From contig JAILXW010000002.1 of the NCBI GenBank assembly GCA_045430305.1, positions 387,953 to 451,952 on the forward strand: a stretch of 64,000 nucleotides of DNA. Reading direction: 5' to 3'. How positions within the stretch are numbered: the stretch's first letter is position 1; each line of letters starts with the position of its first letter. This document shows positions 58,488-64,000 of the stretch, piece by piece. The notes beneath the pieces are model-generated. The model was given only the letters and a program-made list of their open reading frames with translations, was not told the origin of the DNA and ran no database searches. Origin of the DNA: Agarilytica sp. Its GTDB lineage: Bacteria > Pseudomonadota > Gammaproteobacteria > Pseudomonadales > Cellvibrionaceae. Both the position numbers and the translations under genes were made by a program.

Positions 58488-59027
58488 CTACGACTCAAGC
58501 GATTCAATGGTGAAGTTGTTGTTGGTGTAAACACAGACATCCGCAGCAATCGAAAGCCCCTTCTCGACGATTTCTTGAGCTGGAAGTTCGGTGTTATCCA
58601 AAAGCGCACGCGCTGCAGATTGGGCAAAGGCTCCGCCTGAACCGATGGCGATCAAGTCGTCTTCGGGTTGTATGACGTCACCATTGCCTGTCACAATCAG
58701 GGAGGCTTCTTTATCTGCCACAGCAAGTAAAGCTTCTAAGCGGCGAAGTGCTCGATCGGTGCGCCAGTCTTTGGCGAGTTCTACTGCGGCGCGCACTAAC
58801 TGGCCGCCATGGCTTTCTAATTTGCTTTCAAAGCGTTCAAATAATGTGAAAGCATCGGCTGTGCCGCCGGCAAAGCCTGCTATTACCTGATTCTTATAAA
58901 GTCTACGAACCTTGCGGGCGTTGCCTTTCATTATTGTGTTGCCAAGTGAGACTTGGCCGTCGCCGCCGATGACTACAGTGTTGCCTCTGCGGACAGATAA
59001 AATGGTAGTGCCGCGATATTGTTCCAC
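58488..59027 (-). CDS. hslV: ATP-dependent protease subunit HslV
   Basis: Short propeptide then [22 protein letters not shown]. Confidence 0.97.
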   Translation of the reverse strand: MEQYRGTTILSVRRGNTVVIGGDGQVSLGNTIMKGNARKVRRLYKNQVIAGFAGGTADAFTLFERFESKLESHGGQLVRAAVELAKDWRTDRALRRLEALLAVADKEASLIVTGNGDVIQPEDDLIAIGSGGAFAQSAARALLDNTELPAQEIVEKGLSIAADVCVYTNNNFTIESLES

Positions 59028-59101
59028 GTTAAATTCCTTGCTAGAGCCTTGAAATAGCTCAGATTTTTACTGTTTTTATGCTTGCCGTTCTTAGAGCTAC
59101 T

Positions 59102-59129
59102 AGGTGGGGATAAGAATGGGTTTTTCAAG
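59102..59129 (-). promoter_or_regulatory. sigma32 (RpoH) promoter for hslVU
   Basis: Minus strand CTTGAA-14 bp-CCCCACCT versus consensus CTTGAA-N13-15-CCCCATNT. Confidence 0.75.
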
Positions 59130-59152
59130 GTGTGTGGGTGATGGAGCTGCGT

Positions 59153-59695
59153 TTAATCTTCGTTAAATTTTCGCTTTAAGACGAGAGCCTCGTGTCGATT
59201 ACTCAACAAAATGGAGCGCGCTTTAGACATTTTTGATGTGGAGGTAAAAGGGCCAACCAATACGCGGTACCAGGTTTCCCCATTGCGGATTTTCGCATCT
59301 TCAGTATAAGCCTCAAGGTTCAATAGAAGGAGTTCTGCTCGCAATCGTTCTGCGTCATCTTTGGCTTTAAATGAGGCAACTTGCAGAATGTACTCATGTT
59401 TGGCGGCAGCTTTTTGTGCTGGCGTTCGCTCCTTGTCTGTACTTTTGAGAATTGGAATATCACTTTCTTTCAGGAGTTCATAGAAATCAAAACGCGGTTT
59501 TTGCTTTTCTTCCTTGGCGGGGGCGCTGGCTTTGTTGTTCGCTTGCTCGCTGCTGCCTGGCTTAATTTCTGAAAGGTGAAGTAAAAACATCACAAAGGCA
59601 CCTAATACGGCACCCGTAAACAACCATACCCAGGCGGGAACCTGAGAGCTGGGTTGGGGGCGTCGGTTGTGGCTGGCACCAGATTGGCGTGGCAT
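59153..59695 (-). CDS. SPOR-domain membrane protein (FtsN-like)
   Basis: TM helix WVWLFTGAVLGAFVMFLL, PRFDFYELL, YILQVASFK...WYRVLVGPF. Confidence 0.88.
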   Translation of the reverse strand: MPRQSGASHNRRPQPSSQVPAWVWLFTGAVLGAFVMFLLHLSEIKPGSSEQANNKASAPAKEEKQKPRFDFYELLKESDIPILKSTDKERTPAQKAAAKHEYILQVASFKAKDDAERLRAELLLLNLEAYTEDAKIRNGETWYRVLVGPFTSTSKMSKARSILLSNRHEALVLKRKFNED

Positions 59696-59984
59696 GCGGG
59701 TATCGAGCTGGTAAGGTTGCTAGAGAATATAATTGGTGTTTAAAAGATTAACATAGATTAGTGGCTAAACTAGAAGTTTCTTAGTGTTCTTATTGGTTTA
59801 GCGCGGGTTTTTCAGCTAGTATCGAAGTAAGCACAGTGACGCTGTGGCGCCCGCCTGCGCCTTGTATTTGTATTTAATACGCAGCGGCTGTTAATTATTA
59901 AGCCAAATTTGATCTTTATTGCAGCCTATTTACACTTTTTCCTGCAAACTTTGACTCCTTTTTTGGCAAAACAGAATAATAGGT

Positions 59985-61904
59985 ATGAAACAGATGAAGG
60001 ACTTTTCGTTTTCGCTTCCACTCCTCACCATTTCTCTTATCTCTTTGTTGTTGAGCGCTTGTGGGGGAGCACCTCTGAATAATCCAGATTATTTGGCTGA
60101 AAATGGTTTAGACCGAAGGATTGCGGTGACGCTTGCAGGGTCAAGCGGGGATGTTTCAATTTCGTTGGGAGACAACACGGTCTCATTTACTGAGGATGGT
60201 ACGCAGGTGGTGGGCGGGTTTTTCCCCGATGAAGAGGTTTCTGCAGCGATTACTGTGGTGCCAGAGGGTCAGGAGTGCTTTTTCTCGCCTTCTAATTTGA
60301 CTGAGATTATCGCTTCAGATCAAGTAAACATAACATGTGGTGTTCCCGGTGTAAGTGGCAGTATAAAAAACTTTTTTACCGGTGACGCAATTGCGGGAGC
60401 TTCAATTACGGTAAGTCAGTATGCTGGCGATGTGGCGTCAGAATTTTCCTCGACGACCTCCGATGCGCAGGGGAACTATGTTGTTGAAGACACTATAGCT
60501 GGGAACCGGTATGTGGTGACAGTGAGTGCATCGGGCTTTTCCACGCAATCTGTTATTGGCCTGCCAACTGCTGCGCGACCTTTTGTGACTGAAAATATTG
60601 CAATGGTTCCGCAAAATGGGACTGATTCCTCGTCTCCTTCGGGAGCGATGTCTTTTGTAGTGGGGGGGATCACAGCACTAGAGATTCCGGCTAATGGTCT
60701 AGAACGAGCAGATGCGAGTGCTCCAGTGGGGGACGTGACTGCTAGATTGACCTTGATCGAGCCTAGTGCAGGTGTAAATGCACTTCCCGGCCGTTACGAA
60801 TATGATTCGGGTGCTGGCATCAATTTTATTGAAGCCTTTGGAGGCTTAGGTGTGATCCTTACAGATTCTGAAGGAGTGTCACTATCATTGGTTGATGGTG
60901 TTTCTGCAACTGTGAGGGTTCCTGTGGCTACGCGAGTTGGCACTGATGCTCCTGATGATGCATTCGTTTATATATTCGAGGAAGGGTCTGGTTACTGGTC
61001 TACGGAAACAGCAGCGGTTTTGACAACTTCAGGCGGAGTGGATGTTTATGAAAGTTCTGTTGGCAATTTGTCAGAGGTAATTGCTAGCGGTCAAGCGTAT
61101 TCTACAGTCCAGATTAGTGGCTGTATTGAAGATAGCTCTGGGAACTCTGTCGTTGAGGCAACAATTGTAGTGCAAGGGAGTTCATTTATAGGGTCTTCAT
61201 ATGGGGTGGGCGACGCTTCTGGAAATTTCTCTGTTCCGGCGCGTGTTAACTCAAGTGTTTTTGTTTATGGCTTGGTTGGTGCAAGAAGTCGTACCGTATC
61301 TACTGCGACTACAACATCGGATGTGTCTTTGGGTGAATGTATTCAGTTCGATTTAAATTCGACGGTGATTGAGCTAACTTGGGGCGAGGAGCCCAGGGAC
61401 CTTGATTCGCGTTTATTCGGTCCTAACGGTAGTGGCGGTCGCTTTAATGTATATTATGGTCTTAGGGAAGTAACCATTAATAGTGTCACAATGTTTTTAG
61501 ATGTGGATGACGTTACCAGTTTTGGTCCAGAAGTTACTACTATCCCAAGATTTCCACTCGCTGGGACTTATGAGTTTTTCGTCCACCTTTTCTCTGGTGA
61601 TAGCGATATAACGAGCTCTCCGGCTCGAGTGGAATTAAATGTTAGAGGTGAGAACTTTGCTTTTTCTCCACCTGCAAGTGGAGCGACAAGATGCTGGCAC
61701 GTATTTAATATCGAAGTGGATTCTGCTCTTCAACCAACGGTTATTCCGACGAATGTATATATTTCGGATGAGAGTGCGTGTAACGTCAGCGGCCTGCTTT
61801 CAACAGACGAACCTGGTGGTGAGACTTTGCAAAAACCTTCTGCGAGCGCCGAAGTTGTTTCCCCTGGCGCTCAAGCCATCATTCGCAAATACTATGCGGA
61901 ATAA
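59985..61904 (+). CDS. Multidomain surface lipoprotein (carboxypeptidase-regulatory-like beta domains, C-terminal YfaP/DUF2135-like domain)
   Basis: LSA-C lipobox; GSIKNFFTGDAIAGASITV and SGCIEDSSGNSVVEATIVV repeats; IELTWGEEPRDLDS...LDVDDVTSFGPE...GTYEFFVH. Confidence 0.7.
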   Translation: MKQMKDFSFSLPLLTISLISLLLSACGGAPLNNPDYLAENGLDRRIAVTLAGSSGDVSISLGDNTVSFTEDGTQVVGGFFPDEEVSAAITVVPEGQECFFSPSNLTEIIASDQVNITCGVPGVSGSIKNFFTGDAIAGASITVSQYAGDVASEFSSTTSDAQGNYVVEDTIAGNRYVVTVSASGFSTQSVIGLPTAARPFVTENIAMVPQNGTDSSSPSGAMSFVVGGITALEIPANGLERADASAPVGDVTARLTLIEPSAGVNALPGRYEYDSGAGINFIEAFGGLGVILTDSEGVSLSLVDGVSATVRVPVATRVGTDAPDDAFVYIFEEGSGYWSTETAAVLTTSGGVDVYESSVGNLSEVIASGQAYSTVQISGCIEDSSGNSVVEATIVVQGSSFIGSSYGVGDASGNFSVPARVNSSVFVYGLVGARSRTVSTATTTSDVSLGECIQFDLNSTVIELTWGEEPRDLDSRLFGPNGSGGRFNVYYGLREVTINSVTMFLDVDDVTSFGPEVTTIPRFPLAGTYEFFVHLFSGDSDITSSPARVELNVRGENFAFSPPASGATRCWHVFNIEVDSALQPTVIPTNVYISDESACNVSGLLSTDEPGGETLQKPSASAEVVSPGAQAIIRKYYAE

Positions 61905-61922
61905 TTACTTAGCCAAGTAATT
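61903..61922. terminator. Hairpin between the convergent lipoprotein and priA genes
   Basis: aattactt-agcc-aagtaatt. Confidence 0.4.
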
Positions 61923-61945
61923 GTCTTCTGAGGGGCGTAGTCAGC

Positions 61946-64000
61946 CTATGCGCTGACTACGTTGTCCACATCTACCGACCAACGTATTCTCTTCGCTAAC
62001 GAATCTTTTTCGATCAGAGGGATGAGCTGATCCAAAATACTTTTCATGACGGCTCGATTTGGGCTGTAGAGCTGTAAGCAAAACCGATAACGATCGTTTA
62101 CTTTTTCTTGAAAAGACGGCAAGGGGCCAATAATTTGTATTGGGTGAAATGTCTGCGTATTTTTATTTTTTCGAGAGATCTGTTGTAGGTTCAGCACGTT
62201 TTTTTTGACTAGAGATAAAAAGGCAATGCAGTTTTCTGCACGTTTGTTTTCTGCTCGAAATAGTGTGGAGTGAGAAAATGGCGGTAAGGAAGAGGTGTGC
62301 CGTTGCTGCATCAGCGCAGATGCAAAGGCAGAATAATTTTGCTCGCGTAATGGTTGTAGGAGGGGATGCTCAGGAAAGTGGCTTTGAATCATTACTTCAC
62401 CTGGTTTTTCAGCTCTTCCTGGCCGACCGGCAACCTGTACAAGAAGCTGGCCCATTTGTTCAACGCTTCTAAAGTCGGGGCTCATGAAGCCTTGGTCGGC
62501 ATCCACGATGATGGCGAGGGTGAGTCTTTCTAAGTGGTGACCTTTCGCTAGCATTTGTGTGCCTACGTATAAGCATGCTCCTGCGTCTTTGTGTTCAGCC
62601 AATAATTTACTTAATGATTGTTTTGCGCTGGTGCTATCGCGGTCAATTCTGACCACGGAAGTCTCTGGAAATAGATGGTTTAAGTTCGTTTCAATCTGCT
62701 CGGTACCTAAGCCCGAGGTGGCGAGTTCGTTTTGGCCGCAATTGGGGCAATTTTTCGGTATGTATTGTTTTCTTTCGCAGTGATGGCAAATCAGCGCGTA
62801 AGGCTTTTGATGAAATGTCATACGTGCATCGCAGGATCTACATTGCGCATGCCAGCCACACTGATGGCAAAGTAGTGCCGAAGCGAAACCCCGACGATTT
62901 ACAAATACTAAGGCTTGTTCATCTTTTGCGATGACATTCGCAAGTGCGTGTAATGCTTGTTCGCTTAAGCCTGCTTGGGTGTGTTGTGTTTTTAAATCAA
63001 CGAGTGTGGTTTTGGGGAGCTGGGCGCTTCCGGCTCGTTGTTTTAGTTCAAGGTGCTGGTACTTGTTGTTTTGTGCGTTGAAATAAGATTCTAGGGATGG
63101 TGTTGCTGAGCCCAAAACTATTGGAATATTAAGTGTGTGAGCGCGATAAATACTTAAATCGCGGGCGGAATATTTAATACCGTCTTGTTGCTTGTAAGAG
63201 CGGTCGTGCTCTTCATCAATAATGATGATGCCAAGGTTTTTAAATGGGCACAGCGAAGCTAGGCGTGTGCCGACTACGATTTTTGCCTTTCCTTCGCGGG
63301 CGTCGATCCAGTTTTTAGCCCGTTGGCCTTCGGCAACGTCAGAGTGTAATTCTGCAATGGGCACATTAAATCGTGCACGCAGGCGATTGATTGTTTGTGC
63401 ACTTAATCCAATTTCTGGAATCATGACGAGCGCTTGAGCGCCAGCTTGTAATACGCGAGCAATCGCCTGCATATACACTTCTGTTTTGCCGCTTCCGGTG
63501 ACCCCTTCGATCAAATAGGTGGTGTAGCGATGGTAGAGAATGGCCTCCAGTGCTTTATTTTGTTCTGTGTTAAGGGTAAGCGGTACTTCTTTCAATAGCT
63601 GTTCGGCTGTTTCAGCGCTGGCGCGTTTATCTTTCGATGTGTCATCTTCTAAAAAAGGTTCGATGAGTTGTTTGTCGATCAAACTGTTTAAGGCGCTTTT
63701 AGATAGGTCTTCGCGTTCTAGCTCAGCTTTACTTAGCGATGTATGTTCCAGCAAGAATTGGTGAATCGCTTGCTGCTTGGGCGCGCGCTTAAGTGCGTTT
63801 TCATTCAGGCCTAAGCCTTCACTTGTGTGGCGATAAGAAGTGGCTTTGGCTGGAGCTTTCCCTTCTCGGAAATGCTTGGGCATGGCAGCGCTAAGGACTT
63901 CGCCGAATGCGTGATAGTAGTAGTTTGCCCCCCACTGGCAAAGGTGCAGTAATTCAAGTGGGAATAACGGCGTCGTGTCGAGAGCTTCGATAATGGGTTT
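61946..64000 (-). CDS. priA: Primosomal protein N' (5' end lies beyond the window)
   Basis: GVTGSGKTEVY, DEEHD, NRRGF, four CxxC pairs, QVAGRPGR; the frame stays open to 64000 (KPIIEALDTTPLF...YYYHAFGEV). Confidence 0.96.
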   Translation of the reverse strand, partial: KPIIEALDTTPLFPLELLHLCQWGANYYYHAFGEVLSAAMPKHFREGKAPAKATSYRHTSEGLGLNENALKRAPKQQAIHQFLLEHTSLSKAELEREDLSKSALNSLIDKQLIEPFLEDDTSKDKRASAETAEQLLKEVPLTLNTEQNKALEAILYHRYTTYLIEGVTGSGKTEVYMQAIARVLQAGAQALVMIPEIGLSAQTINRLRARFNVPIAELHSDVAEGQRAKNWIDAREGKAKIVVGTRLASLCPFKNLGIIIIDEEHDRSYKQQDGIKYSARDLSIYRAHTLNIPIVLGSATPSLESYFNAQNNKYQHLELKQRAGSAQLPKTTLVDLKTQHTQAGLSEQALHALANVIAKDEQALVFVNRRGFASALLCHQCGWHAQCRSCDARMTFHQKPYALICHHCERKQYIPKNCPNCGQNELATSGLGTEQIETNLNHLFPETSVVRIDRDSTSAKQSLSKLLAEHKDAGACLYVGTQMLAKGHHLERLTLAIIVDADQGFMSPDFRSVEQMGQLLVQVAGRPGRAEKPGEVMIQSHFPEHPLLQPLREQNYSAFASALMQQRHTSSLPPFSHSTLFRAENKRAENCIAFLSLVKKNVLNLQQISRKNKNTQTFHPIQIIGPLPSFQEKVNDRYRFCLQLYSPNRAVMKSILDQLIPLIEKDSLAKRIRWSVDVDNVVSA

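Noticed and set aside
63881-63883. ATG 63883 as the priA start
   Set aside because: The frame remains open with PriA-like sequence up to the window end, so this Met is internal.

Overview
Gammaproteobacterial chromosomal segment; the gene order looks like that of a marine Cellvibrionales or Oceanospirillales member (inference). Conserved core blocks: yhbY, rlmE-ftsH-folP-glmM-tpiA-secG-tRNA-Leu (0.4-7.5 kb); rimP-nusA-infB-rbfA-truB-rpsO-pnp (41.5-50.6 kb); and on the minus strand priA (truncated by the window end), a SPOR protein, hslVU, DUF971 and ubiE-ubiJ-ubiB. The normally compact secG-tRNA-Leu-tRNA-Met-rimP junction is opened by about 30.7 kb plus 3.3 kb of accessory genes, with no integrase or transposase. 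The accessory DNA holds: (i) a tandem-PBP GGDQF/EAL protein; (ii) a five-gene module of outer-membrane barrel, subtilase, ECF sigma, anti-sigma and DUF4382-like lipoprotein, with three matching copies of a GGAATA(A/C)-N15-CGTTTAC promoter, which is the best candidate for an undescribed system; (iii) a degenerate ApbE-like protein; (iv) a complete CrbS/CrbR acetate locus with arrays of GAC-N4-GTC boxes; (v) a 1307-aa lipoprotein multicopper oxidase followed by a SCO-cytochrome c-PCuAC triple fusion, a candidate Mn(II) oxidation system; (vi) a LysR-nitrilase-GFA islet. I also found an unlisted 44-aa small ORF, two hairpin-rich intergenic RNA candidates and a Zn-ribbon/acidic/YbjQ protein. I saw no CRISPR array, rRNA or IS element. 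All family calls come from reading motifs by eye; no database search was run.
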